22,661 nucleotides of DNA from an uncultured Fibrobacterota bacterium (GTDB taxonomy: Bacteria > Fibrobacterota > OXYB2-FULL-49-7 > JAEUSG01). The notes below the pieces were generated by a model, which was not told the origin of the DNA, ran no database searches, and worked only from the letters and a program-made list of their open reading frames with translations. The stretch spans positions 1 through 22,661 of the forward strand of contig CAZPWS010000051.1 of assembly GCA_964590225.1 (NCBI GenBank), read 5' to 3'. Shown in pieces: positions 7,365 to 15,322 of this stretch. Positions within the stretch are counted from its first letter, which is position 1. Every line of letters begins with the position of its first letter. A program made the translations under genes and the position numbers.

Positions 7365-7723
7365 TTATGAAAGAAATTGTTGCCATTGCCAAAGCTTTAT
7401 CTGATGAAAATCGTGTCAAGGCTCTATTGCTTTTATGTAAGCGGGAAGTCTGCGTTTGTCAGATTGTTGACTTTTTAAAGTTGGCGCCTTCCACTGTCTC
7501 GAAACATATGAGCATTCTTAAAGCTGCCGGCCTTGTGGAGAGCCGAAAGGAAGAGCGATGGATGTATTATCGACATGCTCAGAAAGGAGTTTCTGCTGTA
7601 GTTGACGAGGCTTTGTCATGGCTATCAAAAAACTTAAACTGTGATATTAACAAAAAAGAATGCTGCGGCATTCAAATACCGAGAAGCATATTGGAGAAAA
7701 AATGTATAACAAAGAAAAACTAA
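7361..7723 (+). CDS. arsR: ArsR/SmtB-family metalloregulatory repressor (copy 2)
   Basis: 120 aa. The ATG overlaps the arsM stop (ATGA at 7361-7364). LLLC26KREVC31VC33QIVDFL followed by the HTH segment STVSKHMSILKAAGLV. Extra C-terminal cysteines at C94, C101, C102 and C115. Confidence 0.85.
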   Translation: MIMKEIVAIAKALSDENRVKALLLLCKREVCVCQIVDFLKLAPSTVSKHMSILKAAGLVESRKEERWMYYRHAQKGVSAVVDEALSWLSKNLNCDINKKECCGIQIPRSILEKKCITKKN

Positions 7724-8145
7724 AGATATTGTTTCTTTGTACAGGAAATTCCTGTAGAAGCCAAATGGCTGAAGGGTGGGCACGATACTTAAAAGGGGAT
7801 ATTATTGAAGCATATTCTGCGGGAATTGAAACACACGGTCTTAACCCAAATGCAGTGAAAATAATGGCTGAAGCTGGGGTTGATATTTCAAACCATGCAT
7901 CAAAAAATGTTCGGGATTTAATGCACATTAAATTCGATTATGTAGTAACTGTTTGTGGCCACGCCAACGAAAACTGCCCTTTTTTTCCCGGAAAAGCAAA
8001 AATTGTTCATAAAGGATTTGATGACCCACCGCAACTTGCAAATAACTCAAGAAATGAAGAGGAAGCGTTAAATCACTATAGACGGATAAGAGATGAGATT
8101 AGAGATTTTATAAAGCAGCTCCCAGAAAATCTTTCCACTTTATAG
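7702..8145 (+). CDS. arsC: Arsenate reductase, LMW-PTPase family, thioredoxin-coupled type
   Basis: 147 aa from ATG 7702; the track ORF begins at 7660 inside arsR. P-loop LFLCTGNSCRSQMAEGW (CX5R). A second Cys pair in TVCGHANENCPFF is spaced like C82/C89 of pI258 ArsC. Overlaps the arsR 3' end by 22 nt. Confidence 0.9.
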   Translation: MYNKEKLKILFLCTGNSCRSQMAEGWARYLKGDIIEAYSAGIETHGLNPNAVKIMAEAGVDISNHASKNVRDLMHIKFDYVVTVCGHANENCPFFPGKAKIVHKGFDDPPQLANNSRNEEEALNHYRRIRDEIRDFIKQLPENLSTL

Positions 8146-8162
8146 TTTACAAAGGATTAACT

Positions 8163-9242
8163 ATGGAAAACAATAAAAATATTGGCATAAATTTTTTTGA
8201 AAAATATCTCACTGTTTGGGTCATACTTTGTATGATTACAGGGGTCTTAATTGGTAAATTTTTACCAGCCATACCTGCCTTTCTTTCAAATTTTGAATAT
8301 GCGCGAGTCTCTATTCCCATCGCCATCCTCATCTGGTTAATGATTTATCCAATGATGATGAAAGTTGATTTCGCAAGTATTAAAGATGTTGGCAAGAATC
8401 CAAAAGGATTGTTTTTAACATGGATCATAAACTGGTTGGTTAAGCCATTTACAATGTATGCGATTGCATGGTTTTTTTTCTACATTGTATTCAAAAACAA
8501 TATCTCCCCCGACCTTGCAAAGAGCTATTTAGCCGGAGCTATTCTGCTTGGCGCTGCACCATGTACGGCTATGGTATTTGTCTGGAGCCATTTAACAAGA
8601 GGCAACCCTGCTTATACGGTAGTACAGGTTGCAACAAACGATATTATAATTCTTGTAGCATTCACACCAATAGTCGGATTTCTTCTTGGTATTAGCAACA
8701 TTGTTATTCCATGGAACACTTTACTCCTGTCTATGGTTCTTTTTGTTGTTTTTCCTCTTACAGGAGGCATAGTCACAAGATTATTGATTGTAAAAAATAA
8801 AGGCGAGGAGTACTTTACAAAATCATTTATACCAAAGTTCAGCAGTGTAACAATCGGGGGGTTGCTTCTTACGCTGATTCTGATCTTTTCGTTTCAGGGA
8901 GAAATTATTCTTAATAAACCTCTCCACATATTCATTATTGCTATCCCGTTAATAATCCAGACCGTTTTAATATTCTTTATTGCCTATTTGGTAGCCCGAA
9001 AACTAAGACTGCCACATAATATCGCAGCTCCTGCCGGAATGATCGGCGCGTCAAACTTTTTTGAACTTGCTGTTGCTGTTGCAATCGCACTTTTTGGAGC
9101 AACCTCCCCAGCTGTGCTTGCCACAATTGTTGGGGTTCTGGTAGAAGTTCCTATAATGTTAATGCTGGTACAAGTAGCAAATAAAACGGCGTATCTTAGT
9201 ACTCAAAACTCCACCAGTACCAAGCATTTAGACCTACACTGA
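8163..9242 (+). CDS. acr3: ACR3-family arsenite efflux transporter
   Basis: 359 aa. Motifs LMIYPMMMKVDF, the conserved Cys context LGAAPCTAMVFVWS, and the conserved Glu in GVLVEVPIMLML. RBS AAGGA. Confidence 0.9.
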   Translation: MENNKNIGINFFEKYLTVWVILCMITGVLIGKFLPAIPAFLSNFEYARVSIPIAILIWLMIYPMMMKVDFASIKDVGKNPKGLFLTWIINWLVKPFTMYAIAWFFFYIVFKNNISPDLAKSYLAGAILLGAAPCTAMVFVWSHLTRGNPAYTVVQVATNDIIILVAFTPIVGFLLGISNIVIPWNTLLLSMVLFVVFPLTGGIVTRLLIVKNKGEEYFTKSFIPKFSSVTIGGLLLTLILIFSFQGEIILNKPLHIFIIAIPLIIQTVLIFFIAYLVARKLRLPHNIAAPAGMIGASNFFELAVAVAIALFGATSPAVLATIVGVLVEVPIMLMLVQVANKTAYLSTQNSTSTKHLDLH

Positions 9243-9876
9243 TATCTTTTTCCTTTATGCCACTTATTGGAAATGAAATCGCCCAATTGTGTGGGGTTTC
9301 TTTTATGCCAAACCAAAATCCCGGATCAATCGAGAAGGTTATTGCCGTTGCAGCAGTGCCGTAACTTTTGGCTGGATTAAATTCAAGAAACGGATAAAAC
9401 TGATCAGGAATTGATTTATAAACTATGCCAAAACTCGCCCAGACCGTTCCCTCGCTAAAGTCAGAGGCCGAAAGGTCAAGCGCTGCATTTAATTCTAATA
9501 CGACTTTACTAAACTCCTTATTCAAGTGATATTGCGGAGAAAAAGACCAATTATCAAAATCGGTACCAATTTTAAGAGCAAGGACATTGCTTTCATTTAA
9601 CGCAAATCGGGGCATTACCTCAACACCACCCCATGAAAAATCGTTTAACGGTGAGATCTTTGAGAGATTAACTATTGCGTCAAACCTTTCGCCAATCCCA
9701 AAAGCTGTGTTAATATCCAGAGTTGAAGAGCCAAAATCTGAGATACCTCCTCCCCAGATTGTTGGTGCAATGGCAAGTGTTCTATTGCCGGTCATTGTTG
9801 TCCACGCGGTATAGGTGTAACAAAAAGAGAGCGATACCATAGCAATAAGTAGTAGATATATCTTCTTGGCTAACAT
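9196..9876 (-). CDS. Hypothetical secreted protein, outer-membrane beta-barrel-like
   Basis: 226 aa from ATG 9876 with RBS AAGGA; the track ORF extends to 9915. Signal-like N-terminus MLAKKIYLLLIAMVSLSF. Alternating aromatic/polar strand-like segments. Aromatic C-terminus ...NAWYWWSFEY resembles an OMP beta-signal. I recognise no family. Confidence 0.45.
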   Translation of the reverse strand: MLAKKIYLLLIAMVSLSFCYTYTAWTTMTGNRTLAIAPTIWGGGISDFGSSTLDINTAFGIGERFDAIVNLSKISPLNDFSWGGVEVMPRFALNESNVLALKIGTDFDNWSFSPQYHLNKEFSKVVLELNAALDLSASDFSEGTVWASFGIVYKSIPDQFYPFLEFNPAKSYGTAATAITFSIDPGFWFGIKETPHNWAISFPISGIKEKDISVGLNAWYWWSFEY

Positions 9877-9955
9877 GTAATTCCTTTCAGATTTAAATGG
9901 ATTCTTTTCAACCATGCAAATATACGGTATTGATGGGCATCGTGCTCATGGTATT

Positions 9956-10447
9956 TTAAGTATGATGATAAGCCATCTTCAGCGCCATCGCAACTTCAGG
10001 ACAGGTAAGCGGGTTTGTATATTTAGTGCAATTAATACAGCCCAAATAAATTTTATTGTAAAGATGTTTTTTTGAAATTCTTCTGAATCCAAGTTTGCTG
10101 AAAAATTTTGGCGAAAAGGTAAGAAGAATTATTTTTGTTGGTCGCAACTCCCTGATATGTTCAATAACCCGTTCTACAAGAGCTCGCCCAATGCCATGTT
10201 TATGAAGGCCTTTTTTTACGCATAAAGATACAATTTCAATTATATGCTCCGTCTCTTTGCCAACTTCTGGCAAAACCTTGTAAGCCACAACTCCGACAAT
10301 TTCTTTTTCTTCTCTATAAACAAAAAAACGGTCGATATTTATTGTTATATCCGAAATAGATCTCGGAAGCACCTCAACCGGATACTCTTTTATCAAATGA
10401 TAAATATCAAAAACATCCTTGAAAAATGCCTTCTCAACAGCACCCAT
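9956..10447 (-). CDS. GNAT-family N-acetyltransferase with a Cys-rich C-terminal tail
   Basis: 163 aa. Acetyl-CoA-binding-type motif VKKGLHKHGIGRALVERV. C-terminal tail GCINCTKYTNPLTCPE. RBS GAGGGGG lies directly after the recO stop. Confidence 0.75.
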   Translation of the reverse strand: MGAVEKAFFKDVFDIYHLIKEYPVEVLPRSISDITINIDRFFVYREEKEIVGVVAYKVLPEVGKETEHIIEIVSLCVKKGLHKHGIGRALVERVIEHIRELRPTKIILLTFSPKFFSKLGFRRISKKHLYNKIYLGCINCTKYTNPLTCPEVAMALKMAYHHT

Positions 10448-10459
10448 TTACACCCCCTC

Positions 10460-11227
10460 TTAACTGATCATACTTTTTAATATCGAGAGGCTCGATAATC
10501 TAATATTTCGTCCGAAAGAAACACCAAGAAAAGAATCGATAATTTTGCTTATTACATCTGTATCGATAAATGCAACCAGATGGAGATTATCTGCTGTAGC
10601 TGTTACAAGGGCAGTGATCTCATTAAGTGTTTCTCGCTTTACCCAAATTGTATCAGATTCTAATTTATAGCATTTGTTGCAAACGCATCCTCCATGCGAA
10701 ATCACAATTGCTATCCGCTCAATAAAATTTGTTTCTCCACATTTTACACATTTATTTAGCACCGGCTCTCCACCCATAATCCGTAAAAAATGAATTATAA
10801 AAAGCCAAGCTGCCTTAAGCAGCCAGCAAGGTTCATACTTAACTTTTTTATCAAGCCTCTCAAGATAGGCTTTTACAAGCTTGAAAAGAGCACGCTGTTC
10901 TGCTCCTGCATGAACTGTGTTGAAAACAAGTTCTATTGCGCTTTCTGCAGCGGTTATTTTGTCACAGTCGTTTCTTATATGCGAGTAATAATTTATAATT
11001 AACGCACTGGAAAGGGGTAAGACCTCCCTATTTCTGCTTGCAGATGCGGTAAATTCGCAAAAAGCAAATGGTTCAAGTGCTCCGCGAAATGGTGAATTTT
11101 TCCTAAAGGCTCCCCGTGCAGAAAAGGTAACAAGTCCGTGGTTTTCAGTCAAAACAGAAATAATCGCACTGCTTTCCGCAAAGCGGGTAACTTTAAGAAT
11201 TAGTCCCCGATGAATTAAATTTTCCAT
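10460..11227 (-). CDS. recO: DNA repair/recombination mediator RecO
   Basis: 255 aa. N-terminal OB-fold-like GLILKVTRFAESSAIISVLTENHGLVTF. Zinc-finger cysteines CVKCGE...GGCVCNKC. Confidence 0.8.
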   Translation of the reverse strand: MENLIHRGLILKVTRFAESSAIISVLTENHGLVTFSARGAFRKNSPFRGALEPFAFCEFTASASRNREVLPLSSALIINYYSHIRNDCDKITAAESAIELVFNTVHAGAEQRALFKLVKAYLERLDKKVKYEPCWLLKAAWLFIIHFLRIMGGEPVLNKCVKCGETNFIERIAIVISHGGCVCNKCYKLESDTIWVKRETLNEITALVTATADNLHLVAFIDTDVISKIIDSFLGVSFGRNIRLSSLSILKSMIS

Positions 11228-11304
11228 TAGTAGAAGAATCTAAATTGTTGCACACTACTGTGAAAAGACTCATCAGAAGATTAACATAATGTATTTTTAT
11301 ATTT

Positions 11305-13305
11305 GTGGTTATTCCTTTTTTTTTACTCCTAACAGCAGTAGCATTTACTCAAACAGCGAATCGTGATACTTCGTTTGTAGTTGATGTTAATGGGCATGAA
11401 AATGAGCTTGTGTGGCAACATAATAGCAATAGCCGTAGGATTTTAAAGATTGATCGCGCTGCAGCTATTTATGGACAAAAAGGCATTCAGATAATACGGG
11501 ATCTCAGCAAGAGCGCAGAGGGGTATTTAACGCAAAGTACGCTGTTTATAAAAGAGTCATGGCAAAGATTTTACTTTTGCATCGACTCCATAATTCCGGG
11601 CCAAGATTCCTTATATAAAAATCATTTGATATTCCTCCAATACATGGTTTCAGAAAAACTAGGCCCTCAGCAACCCGACAATATTGTTTTCTTTACCATA
11701 GTAAATAATGCACCAGAAAAGACAAATTTGCTAACCATAAGCAGCATCGGCATATCAAAAAAAGAACCATTAGTATGTGCCAATTTTCCGCTAACTACTG
11801 GTAAACCATATTGCGTTGAAAGCAGGCTAACTTTTTTCTCGACGGATAGTGTTGAGCTTGTTTTTTGGATAGATGGAATTGAGATCGGCAATTGCCGGAT
11901 TGCCTACCATTTCCCAAAGGAAGAATTCCGCGTCACCGTATCCAACCAGGGATGGATGGACTTCTGTAAATGGTATCTCTCTTTCGATGAATTTGTTTTT
12001 TCCGATAAACGAATTATGGGGCTGCCAAAACCCCCTACAAATATCGCCATCAATATTTCCGGCAATAGCGCATGGATAAAATTTCCTCCATTTAGATCTA
12101 CTTACCTTAATGAGAGCGCTGTTTCGATTCAGAGTACCCTCTTTAGACACGATGAATCAGACTTTCCAATTTATAATTCAGTGGATCCGGTTAGCGTATA
12201 TTTAAATGATTACCTAATTCCTGCTCTGTTAGACAGCGGAAATTTTCTGTATCGCGTACGGTATCTTAATAACTTTGGCAAATGGAGCGACTGGACAAAT
12301 AGAGTTATACACATCGATTCTGCAAGGACAGTAAATGTAAAAATTGAACAAGTGGTAATTACAGAAGCCGGTTTTAAAACAGTCACCAACGAAATAACTC
12401 CTGGTAAATGGTACGACATCAATCTTCATATTGATGCTAAAATTGCGTGGAAAGACATTGCCTACACACTTATTTGGCTAAACGATACCAGCTACACTTT
12501 TGGGCACGCATTAAATAAAGGCGGGAGGTTCTTTAAAGAGTCAAGTTATATTCTGAACCTTTCCATGCTCGACCACAACTATCTTCTTTTTGAAAAAGAG
12601 AGGGAAAACTCAGGAAGATCAATATGCCTGCCTCCGGAAACCACCGGTAAATATCTTGACGGGACTAAAAATGGCTTTGCTGTTGATACCATAAGCGGCC
12701 ACATTAGACTCCGATTCCGGCTCCTTGAGCAATCAAACAAGGGGGCGTGGTCTGTTTCTACCGTAGTCGCTTATCGTAATAAGAAGGAGGAAATCCCAAA
12801 TAAAAAGGAAAAAACTACTGATAATTTTTCTAATATTTACCGTTTTAAGATTTATGTAAATGACAAGGAAAATGATAAGCCGTATAGTATAATTCTACTG
12901 CTTTCTTTTTCCGGCATAGCATTAGCACTGCTAATATACCGCCAAAAACGATCTCTTAAAGGACAAAGTGAATTAACCATGCCTATTATTAATGCAAAGC
13001 TGCTTGATTATATTGATAATAATCTATCCGAAAAGCTAAGCGCCGAAAAAGCATACAAAGATCTTAAGATGCGAAAGCACCTCTTTTATAAAATGCTTCG
13101 CGATTCCGGAATAACATCTTTTCCAAATTTTGTAAATGCACGAAGAATCGAGAAAGCAAAAGCCCTTCTTAAAGACCAGACCAAAAACATCACTGAAATA
13201 GGCTACTTGGTTGGTTTCGAAAACACTGCCTATTTTATAAAGCTATTTAAAGACATTGAAAAATGCACACCAAAAGAGTATCAATTGGCACAAAACAGAT
13301 ACTAA
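11305..13305 (+). CDS. Membrane-tethered AraC/XylS-type transcriptional regulator with a large extracytoplasmic N-terminal domain
   Basis: 666 aa with a GTG start. N-terminal hydrophobic leader (VIPFFLLLTAVAFTQ). About 500 aa with no catalytic motif; residues ~243-335 look FN3/Y_Y_Y-like (FLYRVRYLNNFGKWSDWTN). One TM at aa 527-545 (nt 12883-12939) followed by RQKR. C-terminal AraC HTH: NFVNARRIEKAKALLKDQTKNITEIGYLVGFENTAYFIKLFKDIEKCTPKEY. Confidence 0.7.
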   Translation: MVIPFFLLLTAVAFTQTANRDTSFVVDVNGHENELVWQHNSNSRRILKIDRAAAIYGQKGIQIIRDLSKSAEGYLTQSTLFIKESWQRFYFCIDSIIPGQDSLYKNHLIFLQYMVSEKLGPQQPDNIVFFTIVNNAPEKTNLLTISSIGISKKEPLVCANFPLTTGKPYCVESRLTFFSTDSVELVFWIDGIEIGNCRIAYHFPKEEFRVTVSNQGWMDFCKWYLSFDEFVFSDKRIMGLPKPPTNIAINISGNSAWIKFPPFRSTYLNESAVSIQSTLFRHDESDFPIYNSVDPVSVYLNDYLIPALLDSGNFLYRVRYLNNFGKWSDWTNRVIHIDSARTVNVKIEQVVITEAGFKTVTNEITPGKWYDINLHIDAKIAWKDIAYTLIWLNDTSYTFGHALNKGGRFFKESSYILNLSMLDHNYLLFEKERENSGRSICLPPETTGKYLDGTKNGFAVDTISGHIRLRFRLLEQSNKGAWSVSTVVAYRNKKEEIPNKKEKTTDNFSNIYRFKIYVNDKENDKPYSIILLLSFSGIALALLIYRQKRSLKGQSELTMPIINAKLLDYIDNNLSEKLSAEKAYKDLKMRKHLFYKMLRDSGITSFPNFVNARRIEKAKALLKDQTKNITEIGYLVGFENTAYFIKLFKDIEKCTPKEYQLAQNRY

Positions 13306-14186
13306 CCAATTTTAGATTCAGTCGTAGCAGCTACTATTTCGCGTGCTGCGTCAACTAACGCTTCCGAGATATCGTTGGTAGGTATCCATTTCGCAAACTT
13401 AACGGGGTCATTAATAGAAGCGAAGGAGTCCAATTTTCGCATTACTGCTGCATCAACCCCTTTGCTTTTCAGCATTTGTGAAAGTTCCGTTGTGGTTGAT
13501 TCGAGTGCTTCAAAATTATATCTCGCCCCAAGAAAGCGCCTTAGTATTTCTGACAGTTTAAGATGGAATTCCTTAACCTCTCCCTTATCGAGATGGTGTG
13601 CCGAAATAAGTCCTTCAATTTCCCTATTGAATACATTTAAAGGAGGTTCCGGCGGAGGGGGCGGAGGGACAAAAACTTTTCGCCTCTTTCTTACGAAGCG
13701 GTCGAATAATAGAAGCGAAACAATCAGTAATACTACTACAAGAACGATTACAACCCAAAATAAACGGGAAAGTGGCAAAGAGAGAGGACCATGTATGTCT
13801 TGTATATCCGCTGTATCACTTGGCAACAAAGATGATTTGACAATAACACTAACCGAATCAGTAAGTTTTTTGATAGCAGTATCTGTTGCCAAAATAACAA
13901 CAAGTTGCGGAACAACTACGGTTCCCAATTTAAACACTTGAAGGCTATACTGTTTTTTTTCGATTATCCGGCCATTTTTTTCCTCCTGCTCTGCTCGCAT
14001 GTCTCTTAACTCAAAATCTCCAAAGGAAGCATCAGGAGCGGGAAAGAGCAGTTTTTCGTTTTTGTCCCTTTCTGCGGTCAGAGTAAGAGTTAACAATTCG
14101 CCCAGTTGAAGCGAGGTTCTGTCAACCGACCTTGTTAATTCAAAGCCCTGTATATGAAGAATCAGCAATAGGATTACTATTATCAT
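13302..14186 (-). CDS. Bitopic membrane protein, BatD-like N-terminal region plus DUF4381-like C-terminal region (tentative)
   Basis: 294 aa. N-terminal leader, then ELTRSVDRTSLQLGELLTLTLTAE, which is BatD-like. Central TM LFWVVIVLVVVLLIVSLLLF followed by RKRRK and PPPPPPEPP. The C-terminal helical region ends ...INDPVKFAKWIP, which is DUF4381-like. Assignment is from memory of these families. Confidence 0.4.
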   Translation of the reverse strand: MIIVILLLILHIQGFELTRSVDRTSLQLGELLTLTLTAERDKNEKLLFPAPDASFGDFELRDMRAEQEEKNGRIIEKKQYSLQVFKLGTVVVPQLVVILATDTAIKKLTDSVSVIVKSSLLPSDTADIQDIHGPLSLPLSRLFWVVIVLVVVLLIVSLLLFDRFVRKRRKVFVPPPPPPEPPLNVFNREIEGLISAHHLDKGEVKEFHLKLSEILRRFLGARYNFEALESTTTELSQMLKSKGVDAAVMRKLDSFASINDPVKFAKWIPTNDISEALVDAAREIVAATTESKIG

Positions 14187-14271
14187 ACGGTAATAAAATT
14201 ACATTAAAATCTCCATTGACTTCAAGCAATAGCTTTTATTGTTCCCAATCACTTACTATATTACACGGTAT

Positions 14272-14475
14272 ATGAGTAAAAAAATTTTTATATCGTTAGC
14301 TGCTTTTATATTTCTATCAAAGTGCTCTTCGGAAACAGGAAAAATAGACCACGCAAAATTCGAAATAGAACAGGGCAATTTCGCTTCTGCGCGCCGTTAC
14401 CTTGCAGCTGTGGACTCTACCTCTCCTCTTTTCAGATCGGCGGATTCAATTCTTAAATCAATAGAGGGACGATGA
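14272..14475 (+). CDS. Small putative lipoprotein
   Basis: 67 aa from ATG 14272; the track ORF starts at 14239. Signal plus lipobox-like MSKKIFISLAAFIFLSKC. One TPR-like helix pair (EQGNFASARRYLAAV). The stop overlaps the ftsX start (ATGA at 14472-14475). Confidence 0.5.
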   Translation: MSKKIFISLAAFIFLSKCSSETGKIDHAKFEIEQGNFASARRYLAAVDSTSPLFRSADSILKSIEGR

Positions 14476-15320
14476 GAAAACTCTCCTTTATTCTGAGTGA
14501 AGCGCTGAGAAATCTTATGCATAATAAGTTTATGACGCTTGTCGTAATAGTAAACATCTCAATTTCCCTTTATTTCGCCTCTGTTTTTATGACCTCTTTT
14601 CTCCATTTGAGCCGGCTGATAGGCGATGCCGAAGATCGAATAAGCCTTGAGGTCTTTCTTGAGGACGATAAAACCGACACTGCAATAGTTCGCAGCGACA
14701 TAATGGCAACAACTGGCATTGCTTCGCTCCGTTACATCTCAAAACAGGAGGCTCGCGATATATTCGTTAAAGAAGTTGGCAGCGAAATACTTAATGCCGT
14801 TGAAGGCAACCCTCTTCCTGCATCTTTTCGCTGCGCTATTCTTCCCGAATACCGTACGCCCGAAAAAATTGCTGTTATAAGAAATTCACTTAAAGGCATT
14901 AAGCAGGTCGAAGATGTAAGCGAAATGCGAGGATGGGTACCGTTGTTGCAAAAAGTTAGAAGGATATTCGCTGCGGTTTCTCTTGTAGCAATCTCAATTC
15001 TTAGTATGACAATATTTTTCACGGTCTTCTCAACTATACGCCTCGCATATCAGTCACGACATGAACATATAAAGGTTATGTCTCTTGTTGGTGCATCAGA
15101 ATTCGATATCAAGATGCCCTTTATTATTGGAGGGGGAATACAGGGATTTTGCGGTGGCCTTTTATCCGTTGCAGCTCTTTATATCACAATCCATTTCGCT
15201 CGTAAATTTATAAGCGGAATAGTGTATGATCCACGAATACCCTTAATTCTTGTTATTACCGGATTTCTTCTTGGAACACTTGCCAGTTTTCGCTCAATAC
15301 CTACGGAGGAGCGGGTTTAA
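14472..15320 (+). CDS. ftsX: Cell-division ABC-transporter-like permease FtsX
   Basis: 282 aa. Typical N-terminus LSEALRNLMHNKFMTLVVIV. A periplasmic loop of ~100 aa. Three C-terminal TM segments. Confidence 0.85.
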   Translation: MRKLSFILSEALRNLMHNKFMTLVVIVNISISLYFASVFMTSFLHLSRLIGDAEDRISLEVFLEDDKTDTAIVRSDIMATTGIASLRYISKQEARDIFVKEVGSEILNAVEGNPLPASFRCAILPEYRTPEKIAVIRNSLKGIKQVEDVSEMRGWVPLLQKVRRIFAAVSLVAISILSMTIFFTVFSTIRLAYQSRHEHIKVMSLVGASEFDIKMPFIIGGGIQGFCGGLLSVAALYITIHFARKFISGIVYDPRIPLILVITGFLLGTLASFRSIPTEERV

Positions 15321-15322
15321 TT

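Noticed and set aside
7660-7701. Upstream ATG at 7660 as the arsC start (161-aa version)
   Set aside because: It would add 14 residues encoded inside arsR. LMW-PTPase ArsC proteins begin a few residues before the CX5R loop, which fits the ATG at 7702.
3206-9242. The ars island as a mobile genomic island
   Set aside because: I could find no integrase, transposase, tRNA attachment site, flanking direct repeats or obvious compositional break by eye. Testing the idea needs whole-genome comparison.
9877-9915. Upstream ATG at 9915 as the start of the beta-barrel-like protein
   Set aside because: The extension MVEKNPFKSERNY would precede the signal peptide. The ATG at 9876 has an AAGGA RBS and yields a canonical signal-like N-terminus.
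11827-12150. 107-aa minus-strand ORF, with other short ORFs at 11667-11891, 11873-12079, 12210-12422 and 12229-12429
   Set aside because: All are nested in or antisense to the 666-aa regulator ORF, which is continuous and ends in a clear AraC HTH.
13641-13668. G-rich tract GGAGGTTCCGGCGGAGGGGGCGGAGGG as a possible G-quadruplex
   Set aside because: It is the complement of the PPPPPPEPP codons of the minus-strand gene. The tracts are mostly GG, so only a weak two-tetrad structure is possible. Coding constraint explains it.
13375-13941. 188-aa plus-strand ORF containing a GGGGGG run
   Set aside because: It lies entirely antisense to the better-supported BatD-like gene. Its composition is low-complexity Ser/Thr/Gly, the Gly run simply mirrors the poly-Pro codons, and it has no RBS. 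It is a shadow ORF.
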